A DNA stretch of 64,000 bases from Candidatus Nomurabacteria bacterium (GTDB lineage: Bacteria > Patescibacteriota > Patescibacteriia > HK-STAS-PATE-3): contig CP060223.1 in NCBI GenBank assembly GCA_023898465.1, positions 256,001 to 320,000 of the forward strand, written 5' to 3'. Positions 1 through 9,662 of the stretch are shown piece after piece. Below the pieces are notes generated by a model that had not been told where the DNA came from, did no database searches, and was given only the letters and a program-made list of their open reading frames with translations. Position numbers and translations under genes: made by a program. Every line of letters begins with the position of its first letter. Positions within the stretch are counted from its first letter, which is position 1.

Positions 1-5
1 TAGTT

Positions 6-365
6 ATGAGCACACATTTAATGCACAAACAAGCAAAATTACAGCGACGAAAGCGCCGAGTTCGCGCGCGAGTTTCTGGCACTGCTGAACGACCTCGTTT
101 AAGCGTCAGCCGCAGCGTGAAACACGTGCTTGTTCAGTTAATTGATGACACTACGCATCGCACACTTTTAACTATGACTGATCGTGGAGCAAAAGATATC
201 ACCGGTACGAAGACCGAACGAGCTCGCGAATTAGGAAAGCGTTTTGCCAAGGCCGCCCAAGAAAAGGGTCTTACCCAAGCAGTTTTTGATCGAGGCGGAC
301 GACTTTATCACGGCCGTGTCCAAGCAATCGCTGAAGGCGCCCGAGAAGCCGGACTTAAATTATAA
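6..365 (+). CDS. rplR: 50S ribosomal protein L18 (uL18)
   Basis: 119 aa ORF, basic N-terminus (KQAKLQRRKRRVRAR) and the conserved uL18 core; lies in the L18-S5-L15-SecY order. Confidence 0.9.
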   Translation: MSTHLMHKQAKLQRRKRRVRARVSGTAERPRLSVSRSVKHVLVQLIDDTTHRTLLTMTDRGAKDITGTKTERARELGKRFAKAAQEKGLTQAVFDRGGRLYHGRVQAIAEGAREAGLKL

Positions 366-369
366 GACT

Positions 370-885
370 ATGAGCAATCAGCAACGACGATCTCGACGAG
401 ATGTAGAACAAAAAGACCGCGAATTTGAGCAGCGGGTTGTAGAAATTAGTCGTGTTACCCGTGTGGTAGCCGGCGGTAAGCGCATGCGATTTCGTGCTAC
501 GGTTGTGTTGGGTGATGCCAAGGGTCGGGTTGGTTACGGTACTCGGAAAGGTCTCGATGTCAGTGGTGCAGTCAGTAAGGCTTCTGCGGCAGCGCGTAAA
601 ACCATGATGCGAGTTCCGATGCAAGAGACTACCATTCCTCATGAAGTAAATACGCATTACGGTGCCGCTCATGTGCTTTTGAAGCCAGCTCCAGCCGGTC
701 GTGGTGTTATTGCTGGTGGTGCGGTCCGCATTGTCATGGAATTAGCAGGCGTTAAGGATGTGGTGGCAAAAATGTTTGGCTCACGTAATAAATTGAACAA
801 CATTAAGGCTACGTTCCGTGCCTTAGAGCAACTCCGTCCACCAAAGCCAAAGAAGACGGAAGAGAAGGAGAAGTCACATGACTAA
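370..885 (+). CDS. rpsE: 30S ribosomal protein S5 (uS5)
   Basis: ATG at 370 (the ORF-track 5' extension from 244 overlaps rplR and is not credible). Motifs RVTRVVAGGKRMRFRATVVLGD and GRGVIAGGAVR are typical of uS5. Confidence 0.9.
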   Translation: MSNQQRRSRRDVEQKDREFEQRVVEISRVTRVVAGGKRMRFRATVVLGDAKGRVGYGTRKGLDVSGAVSKASAAARKTMMRVPMQETTIPHEVNTHYGAAHVLLKPAPAGRGVIAGGAVRIVMELAGVKDVVAKMFGSRNKLNNIKATFRALEQLRPPKPKKTEEKEKSHD

Positions 886-1357
886 AGGTTTGCACACACT
901 TCGCCAACCAAAAGGTGCTAAGTCTGGCAAGCGACGAGGTCGCGGTCATGGCAGCGGTTTAGGTACCTATTCCGGACGCGGTATGAAGGGTCAGCGAGCT
1001 CGTACTGGTGGACGCCAAGGAACCCTGCGACGTACCATGAAGCAGTTGATTGCTCGCATACCAAAGACGCGAGGTTTTTCCAGCGGCAAAAAAGCAGCAA
1101 CTGAAGTATACCTCAGTCAGCTCAATGTTTTTCCTGAGGGCAGTGAAGTATATCCTGGCTTATTGAAGAAACAGGGGATTATTCAGAGTGATCGACTCGT
1201 GAAGGTGATCGGCAACGCTGGATTGGAAAAAAGGCTTGATGTGAAGGCACATCGCTTTTCTGAAGGTGCTCGACGTGCTATAACTGAAAAAGGTGGCAAA
1301 GTTGTTCTCCTTCCTTTACCAATCGGTCCGCAACCAAAGCGACATCAAAGCTCATAG
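878..1357 (+). CDS. rplO: 50S ribosomal protein L15 (uL15); no uL30 gene between S5 and L15
   Basis: Gly/Arg-rich N-terminus GKRRGRGHGSGLGTYSGRGMKGQ. Directly abuts and overlaps the rpsE stop with no room for rpmD. Confidence 0.9.
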   Translation: MTKGLHTLRQPKGAKSGKRRGRGHGSGLGTYSGRGMKGQRARTGGRQGTLRRTMKQLIARIPKTRGFSSGKKAATEVYLSQLNVFPEGSEVYPGLLKKQGIIQSDRLVKVIGNAGLEKRLDVKAHRFSEGARRAITEKGGKVVLLPLPIGPQPKRHQSS

Positions 1358-1360
1358 CCC

Positions 1361-2638
1361 ATGTGGGAAAAAATCTCACTCATCTGGCGAATTCCTGAAA
1401 TACGAAAAAAGATTCTGATTGTACTCGGACTCTTAGTTGTTTTTCGTGTCGCCGCACACATTCCAATTCCTGGCGTGAACACCTCTGAGTTGCAGAGTTT
1501 TTTTAATTCAAACCAATTCCTCGGACTCCTCAATATTTTTTCTGGAGGAGCCTTAGAGAATTTCTCCATTGTCATGTTGGGCGTAGGTCCATACATTACA
1601 GCTTCAATTATTTTCCAATTGTTGGTGATGATTATCCCTCGCTTAGAAGAGTTGCAAAAAGAAGGCGAGCGTGGACAGCAAAAAATCAACCAATGGACGC
1701 GTCTGCTTACTGTGCCGCTGGCCGTGTTGCAGGGCTATGCCACTATTACTTTTTTGAAACAGCAGCAGGGTGCCCAACTCATTGGCACACTCAGTAGCTT
1801 TGATCTCGTTGTTGCGCTTGTTACCGTTACTGCTGGTACTATTTTCTTAATGTGGATTGGTGAATTGATTTCTGAGCAGAAAGTAGGCAACGGTATTTCC
1901 TTACTTATTTTTGCCGGTATTGTTGCGCAAATTCCATTACAAATTCAACAACTCGCTGCCACCTTTGATGCAACCCAGATACTCAATGTTGGTGTCTTTG
2001 TCCTCATTGGACTTATCACCATCGCTGGGGTGGTCTATGTGACTGAAGCGCAACGAAACATTCCGGTGTCCTACGCTCGCCGCATTCGTGGTAATCGTAT
2101 GTTTGGTGGCGTCAATACCCATTTGCCTTTGCGCGTGAACCAGGCTGGTGTGATTCCAATCATCTTCGCAGTTTCGCTTGTGCTTTTTCCATCCTTGATT
2201 GCGCAGTTTTTTGTGAATTCAACTAATGCTACGGTGGCGGGTATTGCGCAATGGGTGACAACCGCTTTTCAAGGTGGATGGCTCTATGGCACTCTTTATT
2301 TCATCCTCGTGTTTGCCTTTACCTACTTCTACACCTCAGTAGTTTTCCATCCCAATCAGGTTGCAGAGAATTTGCAGAAGCAAGGCGGCTTTATTCCCGG
2401 CATCCGGCCTGGTCGACATACCGAAGAGTACCTAGGCTATGTTTCTAATCGCATCATTTTAGCCGGTGCGCTTTTCCTAGGTATCGTGGCAGTATTACCA
2501 ATTGCCCTCCAATCAGCCGCTCCATCTCAATCCCTCGTGATTGGTGGCACTAGCTTGCTGATTGTGGTAAGCGTGGTCATCGAAACCGTGCGACAAATTG
2601 AGTCCCAGTTGATTGTCCGGGACTACGAAGGATTTTAA
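1361..2638 (+). CDS. secY: Preprotein translocase subunit SecY
   Basis: 425 aa, about 10 TM segments, conserved SecY motifs (GVGPYITASIIFQLL; LIFAGIVAQIP); canonical position after rplO. Confidence 0.92.
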   Translation: MWEKISLIWRIPEIRKKILIVLGLLVVFRVAAHIPIPGVNTSELQSFFNSNQFLGLLNIFSGGALENFSIVMLGVGPYITASIIFQLLVMIIPRLEELQKEGERGQQKINQWTRLLTVPLAVLQGYATITFLKQQQGAQLIGTLSSFDLVVALVTVTAGTIFLMWIGELISEQKVGNGISLLIFAGIVAQIPLQIQQLAATFDATQILNVGVFVLIGLITIAGVVYVTEAQRNIPVSYARRIRGNRMFGGVNTHLPLRVNQAGVIPIIFAVSLVLFPSLIAQFFVNSTNATVAGIAQWVTTAFQGGWLYGTLYFILVFAFTYFYTSVVFHPNQVAENLQKQGGFIPGIRPGRHTEEYLGYVSNRIILAGALFLGIVAVLPIALQSAAPSQSLVIGGTSLLIVVSVVIETVRQIESQLIVRDYEGF

Positions 2639-2646
2639 CTACGCCT

Positions 2647-3246
2647 ATGGACACTACTTCAACGAGTGCGTCGTCTGAGCAGTCGAGTGCTTTGCATATT
2701 ATCATTTTAGGGCCGCAAGGTTCTGGCAAGGGCACCCAGGCTGAGGTGTTGGCGCAAAAGTATAACCTTTTTCACTTAGAAACAGGTAAATTAATGCGAG
2801 CAGCTGCTCAGGAAGAGAGCGACTTAGGTCGTCAGGTGAATGAATACATCAACGTGAAGGGAGAACTTGTGCCCTTCGATATTGTGATGGAAATTTTCCG
2901 GCGAGAAGTTGAACGTGTACCGCTCACTCAAGGAATTGTTTTTGATGGTACACCACGGCGAATGCCAGAAGTGGCATATTGGGATAAAGAGCTGCCCAAG
3001 TTGGGCCGGCGATTTACGCACATCTTTTCGCTGAGTTTATCCGAAGAGAAAACCATGGAGCGACTCATGCTGCGGAAACGAGAAGACGATACTGAGGAAA
3101 CTATTCGCAAGCGCTTGGATGAATACTATCGACAAACTGCTCCAGTATTAGCGCACTATAAAGAGGCAGGGGAGTTGATTGAAATTAACGGCGATCAAAG
3201 TATTGAAGAGGTATTTCGCGACCTTGAAAAGCATTTTCAAGTATGA
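2647..3246 (+). CDS. adk: Adenylate kinase (short form, no zinc lid)
   Basis: P-loop GPQGSGKGTQAE; canonical position after secY; 199 aa. Confidence 0.88.
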   Translation: MDTTSTSASSEQSSALHIIILGPQGSGKGTQAEVLAQKYNLFHLETGKLMRAAAQEESDLGRQVNEYINVKGELVPFDIVMEIFRREVERVPLTQGIVFDGTPRRMPEVAYWDKELPKLGRRFTHIFSLSLSEEKTMERLMLRKREDDTEETIRKRLDEYYRQTAPVLAHYKEAGELIEINGDQSIEEVFRDLEKHFQV

Positions 3247-4016
3247 GTCAATTGAAGCAGCCAAATGAAATAAAGAAAATGGCTGCGTCTGGTCGTCAGC
3301 TGGCTGAGATATTAGACGAAGTCAAAAAGCATGTGCGGGTTGGGATAAGCACAGGCGAGCTTGATCGGATTGCCGCAAAACTGATGCAAGATGCCGGCGT
3401 GAAGCCAGCCTTCTTGGGATATCGCGGTTACCCCGGCGTATTGTGTACCTCACGCAATGAACAGGTGGTGCATGGAATTCCTTCAAACGATGAAATATTA
3501 CAGAACGGTGACTTACTGAGTATCGATATCGGCATAGTGAAAGAAGGTTGGTATGCTGACATGGCTGAAACGGTCGCAGTTGGGAACATAAGCTATGCGG
3601 CAGAGCGTTTAATGAGTACCACTCGCGAAGCGCTGCAACGTGGTATTGCCGCTTTAAAAATCGGTGAGCCATTAGGCAGGGTTGGTGCTGCGGTACAGAG
3701 CTTTAGCGAATCGCGTGGTTACGGAGTTGTGCGAGATCTTTGCGGACACGGCATTGGCCGAGCTATGCACGAGGATCCCATGGTGCCGAACTACGGTAGT
3801 GCGGAGAGTGGTCCTATTGTGCAGCCGGGTCTAGTTATTGCGATTGAGCCAATGATCACGGCAGGAAAATGGCAGGTAAAAACTTTAGCCGATGGATGGA
3901 CAGTGGTCACTGCCGATGGAGGCTTAAGCGCCCATTTTGAAAAAACAGTAGCGGTGACCGAACACGGTGTGGAGATATTAACCGGACTCAGCCATGGCAA
4001 GAATTCTCGCGCTTGA
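3243..4016 (+). CDS. map: Methionine aminopeptidase type I
   Basis: 257 aa with metal-binding motifs (DIGIVKEGWYADM; HGIGRAMHEDP; IAIEPM); follows adk as in the spc operon. Confidence 0.9.
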   Translation: MSQLKQPNEIKKMAASGRQLAEILDEVKKHVRVGISTGELDRIAAKLMQDAGVKPAFLGYRGYPGVLCTSRNEQVVHGIPSNDEILQNGDLLSIDIGIVKEGWYADMAETVAVGNISYAAERLMSTTREALQRGIAALKIGEPLGRVGAAVQSFSESRGYGVVRDLCGHGIGRAMHEDPMVPNYGSAESGPIVQPGLVIAIEPMITAGKWQVKTLADGWTVVTADGGLSAHFEKTVAVTEHGVEILTGLSHGKNSRA

Positions 4017-4398
4017 TCTAGGTAAACAAAAGACCGGTCTTGCTTTATCAGACCCTGATCAGCGCTGGGCCTTTGGACGTGGTATCGTCAAGGGCAGTAT
4101 TGAAGATGTAGTAAAGGCGATTACTGACATTCGGACTACTGATGAGATTGAGCGCGTGGTAATTGGCTTACCGCTTTCTCTGCAAGGTACGGGTATAGGG
4201 GAGCAAGAGCAGTGGGTCCGCGAACAGGCTGAAAAGATTCGCCAAGGTGTGCAATTGCCCGTAGAGTTTATGGAAGAACGTTTTAGCAGCGAGATGGGGA
4301 GGCGTTTGCAGCAAGAGGCGGGCAAAAAAGGGGACGATGATGAGGCGGCAGCGAAAATTATTTTGCAGTCTTATTTAGATCAGCGTTTTCGCACATGA
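3994..4398 (+). CDS. ruvX: YqgF/RuvX-like Holliday-junction resolvase family protein (putative pre-16S rRNA nuclease)
   Basis: N-terminal ILALDLGKQKTGLALSD resembles the RNase H-fold YqgF signature; 134 aa. Confidence 0.75.
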   Translation: MARILALDLGKQKTGLALSDPDQRWAFGRGIVKGSIEDVVKAITDIRTTDEIERVVIGLPLSLQGTGIGEQEQWVREQAEKIRQGVQLPVEFMEERFSSEMGRRLQQEAGKKGDDDEAAAKIILQSYLDQRFRT

Positions 4399-5495
4399 GT
4401 TTTTGGCTTGTCAACGGTATTTTTTTCCTAAGCAGTTTTGTGCTGGCTGCCTTGAGCACGCCGCTTTTTCGCCGGATCGCATATCGATTTCATTTACTTG
4501 ACACCCCGGCCAGCGCACCAGAACGAAAACTGCAGACTCAGCCAATTCCTTTACTTGGAGGTTGGGCGATTTTCTTTTCCTTTACCATGGTTATTCTTTT
4601 GGGTGCGTGGCTCGGCTGGTTTCAGGATGGAGTCATAAGCGCAAAAGCCTTGTATGGTGTGCTCCTCGGTGGTGGACTCATTATGGTTGGCGGTACAATA
4701 GATGATAAGTGGGGAGTAGGCCCGGCTAAGCAACTTATTTGGTCCTTCCTCGCTTGTGCTATTGTTGTGGTTTCAGGAATTGGCATCAGCTTCATTACCA
4801 ATCCATTTGGGGGTGAGTTACGCTTAGACACGCTTTCCTGGTCCGTGTTCACCATGAATGATATTTCTTATCAATTTGTGGTGTGGGCTGATCTGCTCAC
4901 TTTAGCTTGGCTCATGGGCATGATGTATACGACCAAGCTGCTTGATGGTTTAGATGGACTAGTGTCCGGAGTTGGTGCAATTGCCAGCCTTATTCTTTTT
5001 GGCGTCACCCAACTGCAAGATGTGCAGCAAGCGACCACGGGATATATTGCGCTCGCGCTGGCCGGGGCTTGTCTGGGTTTCCTTATATATAATTTTTCGC
5101 CAGCGAAGATATATTTGGGACAAGGTGGAAGTTTGCTTATCGGATTTTTCTTAGGTGTGCTTTCCATCGTGAGTGGAGGAAAAATTGCTACCGCACTTCT
5201 GGTGATGGGGATTCCGATACTGGATGTGGCGTGGGTGATTCTTCGTCGAGTGATTATCGAAAAGCGTTCGCCGCTCTCGGCAGATCGTAAGCATTTGCAT
5301 TTTCGTTTACTCGATGTTGGCTTTAGTCATCGCGGCGCCGTTCTTTTTCTCTATCTGCTCACAGCATTATTCGGTAGTGCGACATTATTCTTCCGAGGAG
5401 TGGCCAAGCTATACGCGCTCGGAGCGCTTCTCTTGGTTATGTGTGCCTTGGGTATCTGGCTCGTACGTCGATATCAAGGTTTCAATAAATCGTAG
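4395..5495 (+). CDS. Glycosyltransferase family 4, MraY/WecA-like polyprenyl-phosphate sugar-1-phosphate transferase
   Basis: Polytopic membrane protein with DDKWGVGP and DGLDGLVSGV motifs, diagnostic of the MraY/WecA superfamily. Confidence 0.75.
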   Translation: MSFWLVNGIFFLSSFVLAALSTPLFRRIAYRFHLLDTPASAPERKLQTQPIPLLGGWAIFFSFTMVILLGAWLGWFQDGVISAKALYGVLLGGGLIMVGGTIDDKWGVGPAKQLIWSFLACAIVVVSGIGISFITNPFGGELRLDTLSWSVFTMNDISYQFVVWADLLTLAWLMGMMYTTKLLDGLDGLVSGVGAIASLILFGVTQLQDVQQATTGYIALALAGACLGFLIYNFSPAKIYLGQGGSLLIGFFLGVLSIVSGGKIATALLVMGIPILDVAWVILRRVIIEKRSPLSADRKHLHFRLLDVGFSHRGAVLFLYLLTALFGSATLFFRGVAKLYALGALLLVMCALGIWLVRRYQGFNKS

Positions 5496-5498
5496 TCT

Positions 5499-5993
5499 AT
5501 GCAGCGACGTTTTTTCATTGGCCTCATTGTCGTGCTGCTAGGGCTGGCGGCCGGCATAGTTTGGTGGCTTTGGTTCGCGCCAGTGAGCACAAGCGGTACG
5601 CCGACGAGTGGCGATGGTCAGGCAAAGCTGACTATTCATGAACATGAGTTCCTTGTTGATCTAGCTATTCGATCAGAAACGCAAGCTACTGGCTTAGCCT
5701 ATCGTGATGATTTGGCGAGTGACAGGGGAATGTTGTTCCTTTTTACCGAGCCGCAGAGATTGAGTTTTTGGATGAAAGGTATGCGTTTTCCTCTTGATAT
5801 TATTTGGATACGAGATCAGCGGGTCATCGCTATTAGCCCTGAGGTCCCGCTAGCGCCTCGACGGGGCATTTTGCCAACCTATGCACCAAAAAGCCCAGCC
5901 GATGCCGTGCTTGAGGTCAGAGCGGGATTAGCAAAAAACCTAGGAATTTCGGTCGGTGACACAGTTTCTTGGGAGATATTGACGTCAGAGTGA
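5499..5993 (+). CDS. DUF192-family secreted/membrane-anchored protein
   Basis: N-terminal TM segment. Core GMLFLF...FWMKGMRFPLDIIWI...VLEVRAG matches the DUF192 (COG1430) pattern. Confidence 0.6.
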   Translation: MQRRFFIGLIVVLLGLAAGIVWWLWFAPVSTSGTPTSGDGQAKLTIHEHEFLVDLAIRSETQATGLAYRDDLASDRGMLFLFTEPQRLSFWMKGMRFPLDIIWIRDQRVIAISPEVPLAPRRGILPTYAPKSPADAVLEVRAGLAKNLGISVGDTVSWEILTSE

Positions 5994-6016
5994 GTGCGTG
6001 CTAGCATACTGCCGTT

Positions 6017-6346
6017 ATGCCTAAAGAAGAAAACAAGCAACTCGCGGTTATTGCCCAGGGCGGACGTCAATATGTAGTTCGGCCAAACGCAAAAATTACG
6101 GTCAATTCTTTCACCCATGAAGGCGACACTGTCACGCTCGATAATGTGCTTTTAGTGCATGATGGAAAAACCACCAAGGTTGGTAAGCCTCAAGTGGAGG
6201 GTGCCACGGTTACCGCAAAAGTGCTGAAAGTAGGCAAAGGTAAAAAAGTAGTTATTCAAAAGTACAAGCCAAAGGTACGATACCGTCGCAAGACCGGTCA
6301 TCGCCAAGGTATTGTTGAATTGCAGATACAGGATATTCATTCCTAA
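6017..6346 (+). CDS. rplU: 50S ribosomal protein L21 (bL21)
   Basis: AVIAQGGRQYVV...KVGKGKKVVIQKYKPKVRYRRKTGHRQ is a typical bL21. Confidence 0.88.
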   Translation: MPKEENKQLAVIAQGGRQYVVRPNAKITVNSFTHEGDTVTLDNVLLVHDGKTTKVGKPQVEGATVTAKVLKVGKGKKVVIQKYKPKVRYRRKTGHRQGIVELQIQDIHS

Positions 6347-6382
6347 GCACGAAGTTCGAATTTCGAAACAATATTAAAACAC

Positions 6383-6407
6383 GAATGTTTCAAACATTCT
6401 GTTTTTT
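6383..6407 (+). terminator. Rho-independent terminator after rplU (convergent with recR)
   Basis: Stem gaatgtt/aacattc with a 3-nt loop, followed by a TGTTTTTT run. Confidence 0.6.
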
Positions 6408-6434
6408 GTAATAAAGCTTGTTAGTATTTCGAGA

Positions 6435-7058
6435 TTAGGAATTTTGAGTTTGGTCAGCCTGCATGGCACTTCTCCCTTTTATCGCATTGGAGAGCGTTAC
6501 CTCGTCAGTGTATTCCAAATCGCTTCCCATTGGTAAGCCACGGGCCAGGCGGGTGACTTTTACATGCAGGGGTTTTAACTGCTGATGAAGATATAAGCCG
6601 GTTGCCTCACCCTCCATATCGGGGTTTGTAGCGATAATAAGTTCCTCGATAGATTCTTTCTGCACTCGATCAAGGAGTTGAGTCACGCGCAGTTGCTCAG
6701 GACCGATGCCGTCAATTGGATTGAGTACGCCGCCTAAAACATGATAGCGTCCCTGATACTCACCAGTACTCTCAATAGCCAGCATGTCAGCGCTGGTTGC
6801 TACTACACAGAGGGTATGCAAATCGCGTTGCGTGTCACGGCAAATGCGACAGGGAGAGGATTCAGTATAGGTTCCACAGATCTCGCAGCTGCGCACCTGC
6901 TCTTTAAGCACGCGCAAACTATCCACCAGATGTTCAATCTGTTCCGGGGGCCGAGTGAGGAGATAGAGCACATAGCGCTCGGCGGTTTTACGACCAACAC
7001 CGGGCAGACGAGCAAAATCCTCGATCAAATCATGAATCGGGGCGGGGAATTGCGTCAT
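6435..7058 (-). CDS. recR: Recombination protein RecR
   Basis: HhH motif LPGVGRKTAERY, C4 zinc finger CEICGTYTESSPCRICRD, Toprim region. Confidence 0.9.
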   Translation of the reverse strand: MTQFPAPIHDLIEDFARLPGVGRKTAERYVLYLLTRPPEQIEHLVDSLRVLKEQVRSCEICGTYTESSPCRICRDTQRDLHTLCVVATSADMLAIESTGEYQGRYHVLGGVLNPIDGIGPEQLRVTQLLDRVQKESIEELIIATNPDMEGEATGLYLHQQLKPLHVKVTRLARGLPMGSDLEYTDEVTLSNAIKGRSAMQADQTQNS

Positions 7059-7067
7059 ACACGTACG

Positions 7068-7364
7068 CTAGCCTAAGCCAGGGATCTGCATGCCTGAGGA
7101 ACGCATTTTCATTGCTACAGCTTTTTGTACTTTTTTTGTAGCCTCAGAAAAAAGTTCCTTGAGAGCCTTTTCCAGTTCATCCTTTTTCTCAGGATTGAGA
7201 AATTCCGGATCAATGGATAGGGAGAGCACTTCTTGATTTCCATCCATGACCAGGGAGATTTTTCCACCCTTTACGTCGTGGTGGATAGTTTCTTGTGCCA
7301 GCATATTTTGCAGCACTTTTGCTTGGTCTCGGAGGTCTTTGATTTGCTTGAGTTTGTTGAACAT
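7068..7364 (-). CDS. ybaB: Nucleoid-associated protein YbaB/EbfC
   Basis: 98 aa; conserved recR-ybaB pairing; MQIPGLG C-terminal motif. Confidence 0.85.
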   Translation of the reverse strand: MFNKLKQIKDLRDQAKVLQNMLAQETIHHDVKGGKISLVMDGNQEVLSLSIDPEFLNPEKKDELEKALKELFSEATKKVQKAVAMKMRSSGMQIPGLG

Positions 7365-7436
7365 AGTATGGGAAGTTTAGCAAAAATACCCAATTCTGTC
7401 ACTCTGAAACAAGTTCAGGGTGACAACTGCTTGTGT

Positions 7437-8786
7437 TTAAAATGGTTCCTGAACTCGGGTTTCGAGGTTTTTGAAACTCACCGTGTTCTCATCGAAGAAC
7501 ATTTGCACGATGCCGGTAGGGCCATTACGGTGCTTGGCAATGTGAATTTCAGCCACATTGCGTCGGTCGGTCTCGGGCTTATAGAGTGCTTCACGATAGA
7601 TAAACATCACCACGTCGGCATCTTGCTCAATAGAACCGGATTCGCGCAGGTCGGCCAGCTTTGGTATCGGAGGAGTGCGGGATTCCACTGCACGAGAAAG
7701 CTGAGAAAGTGCTAAGACCGGCACATCGAGCTCTTTTGCAATACCCTTGAGTCCACGCGTGATTTCCGCAACCTGCTGCACACGGCTCTCTGAATCAACA
7801 CGTCCTTCCATTAACTGGAGGTAGTCGACAACAAGTAAGCCGAGGCCGTGTTCAGTTTTGAGGCGACGGGCCTTGGTGCGCATTTCCATGACCGAGGTCA
7901 CTGCTGAGTCATCGATGAAAATTTGTGCTTCGGATAGCGTACCAATCGCGTGGCCAATGCGAGGGAAGTCATCATCCTGTTCATCAGATGAGAGTTTACC
8001 AGTACGCATTTTCCAAAGGCTAACACCAGCTTCAGCACAGATCATACGATCGACCAATTGCTCCTTGGACATTTCTAAGCTGAAAATGCCAACCGGTTGC
8101 TTGCTCTTAATCGCCACATTACGGGCCAGGTCCATTGCCAGCGAAGTTTTACCAACTGATGGACGGGCAGCTAAAATAATGAGGTCAGAACGTTGTAAGC
8201 CCGCCAGGATATTATCAAGATCAGTGTAGCCAGTTGGTAAACCGCGCAGAGTACCACTTTGCTTATGCAGCTCGTCGATGCGTTCAAAAGCATCTGATAG
8301 GGCGCTTTGCAGACTGATAAACTGCTGGCGCATGTATTTTTGCGAGACCTCGAAGAGTCGCTGTTCAGCTTGGTCCAGCAGAATATCAACCTCGTCGGTT
8401 TCTTTATAGCCCAGCGCATTAATTTCCTGAGAAGCACCAATCAAGCGACGCAGCGTAGCCTTGCGTTGCACAATATTGGAATGATGCACGATATTTGAGG
8501 CAGTTGCTACGGCGTTAGAAAGTTCCGCCAAATAACTACGTCCGCCAATCATCTCGAGCTGTTTTCGCTCATTCAGGCGATTGGTGAGCGAGAGGATGTC
8601 GATAGGCTCCTGCTTGGCATAGAGCTCCAACATAGCCTCAAAAATCATTCGATGCGTGTCCTTATAAAAGTCCTCTGGCCGCAGCTGGTCCGCAATCTTA
8701 ATAATGGCGTCTTTATCTATAAGTAGACTGCCAAGAGTGGCCTGCTCTGCTTCGATATTCTGGGGTGGGATGATTTCCTGTGGCAT
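7437..8786 (-). CDS. dnaB: Replicative DNA helicase DnaB
   Basis: 449 aa; Walker A ARPSVGKTSLAMD, Walker B LLVVDYLQLM, N-terminal DnaB domain. Confidence 0.92.
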   Translation of the reverse strand: MPQEIIPPQNIEAEQATLGSLLIDKDAIIKIADQLRPEDFYKDTHRMIFEAMLELYAKQEPIDILSLTNRLNERKQLEMIGGRSYLAELSNAVATASNIVHHSNIVQRKATLRRLIGASQEINALGYKETDEVDILLDQAEQRLFEVSQKYMRQQFISLQSALSDAFERIDELHKQSGTLRGLPTGYTDLDNILAGLQRSDLIILAARPSVGKTSLAMDLARNVAIKSKQPVGIFSLEMSKEQLVDRMICAEAGVSLWKMRTGKLSSDEQDDDFPRIGHAIGTLSEAQIFIDDSAVTSVMEMRTKARRLKTEHGLGLLVVDYLQLMEGRVDSESRVQQVAEITRGLKGIAKELDVPVLALSQLSRAVESRTPPIPKLADLRESGSIEQDADVVMFIYREALYKPETDRRNVAEIHIAKHRNGPTGIVQMFFDENTVSFKNLETRVQEPF

Positions 8787-8884
8787 AGGCGTGGGTTGAT
8801 TGTAGGCTGAGCCGGCGGCAAAGGCAAGTCAGCGCTCCACAGCTTTTTCCCCATAATTTTCCCCTGTTTCTCCTGCTTGAAAAG

Positions 8885-9442
8885 GTGGGAGCTCTTCAGT
8901 ATAATGATCCGGTTATGGGGCAAAATAATCTTGAACTCGTCGTCCTGGATGTAGAAACATCAGGCATGCGGCCAGAAGATGGTCATTGCGTGATTGAATT
9001 GGGCGCCCAACGCTTACGGGGCACCGAAATATTGGCGTCTTTTGATTATCTTATCAAGCCCTCACGTCCATTAGACCCTGAGTCGCAGGCCGTGCACGGT
9101 ATTACCGAAGCGGAATTGCTAGAAAAGGGGAGAGAGCCGGCCGAGGTCTTTGCAGAGTTTCGGGAATTTAGCAAGGATGCAGTTTTAGTGGGACACAATG
9201 TAGGTTTTGATCTTGCCTTCATAAATGCTGAATATCGCCGTTTAGGGCAGGAAGCCTTAACAAACGAAATTCTCGATACTATTGCCTTAGCACGACGTTA
9301 TCTTATTTTACCAAGCTACAGCTTAAAAAACGTCGCAGCATATTTGAAAGTGCCTCAACCAAGCGCCCACCGAGCCTTAGCCGACGTGCAAACAACAACC
9401 GAAGTGCTACTCAAATTGATTGAGCGGGCGAAGCAGCGTTGA
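8885..9442 (+). CDS. DnaQ-like 3'-5' exonuclease (DNA polymerase III epsilon-like, DEDDh)
   Basis: Exo I VLDVETSG, Exo II GHNVGFDLAFI, Exo III HRALADV; start may instead be Met at 8915. Confidence 0.8.
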   Translation: MGALQYNDPVMGQNNLELVVLDVETSGMRPEDGHCVIELGAQRLRGTEILASFDYLIKPSRPLDPESQAVHGITEAELLEKGREPAEVFAEFREFSKDAVLVGHNVGFDLAFINAEYRRLGQEALTNEILDTIALARRYLILPSYSLKNVAAYLKVPQPSAHRALADVQTTTEVLLKLIERAKQR

Positions 9443-9523
9443 GAGAGGTTTCCCTTGCTAGGACTTGAAAAAATATCAGCATTTTGCTATGTTCCCTACG
9501 ATTTAAGGGAAACATAAGAATCT

Positions 9524-9598
9524 GGGTCCATAGCTCAATGGTAGAGCAACTGCCTTTTAAGCAGTGGGTTGGTGGTTCGAGCCCACCTGGACCCACCA
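9524..9598 (+). tRNA. tRNA-Lys (anticodon UUU), CCA encoded
   Basis: Cloverleaf read by eye: acceptor GGGTCCA/TGGACCC, anticodon stem ACTGC/GCAGT with loop CTTTTAA, T-loop GGTTCGAGCC, terminal ACCA. Confidence 0.85.
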
Positions 9599-9662
9599 GT
9601 CATATCGCGCTTTTTGCATACCCAAGAAGCGAGACCCAGCATAGCGTGGGTCTCGTGTGAGT

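Noticed and set aside
244-369. ORF-track 5' extension of the rpsE ORF overlapping rplR in another frame
   Set aside because: The extension lies entirely inside the rplR coding sequence. The natural S5 start is the ATG at 370, immediately after the rplR stop.
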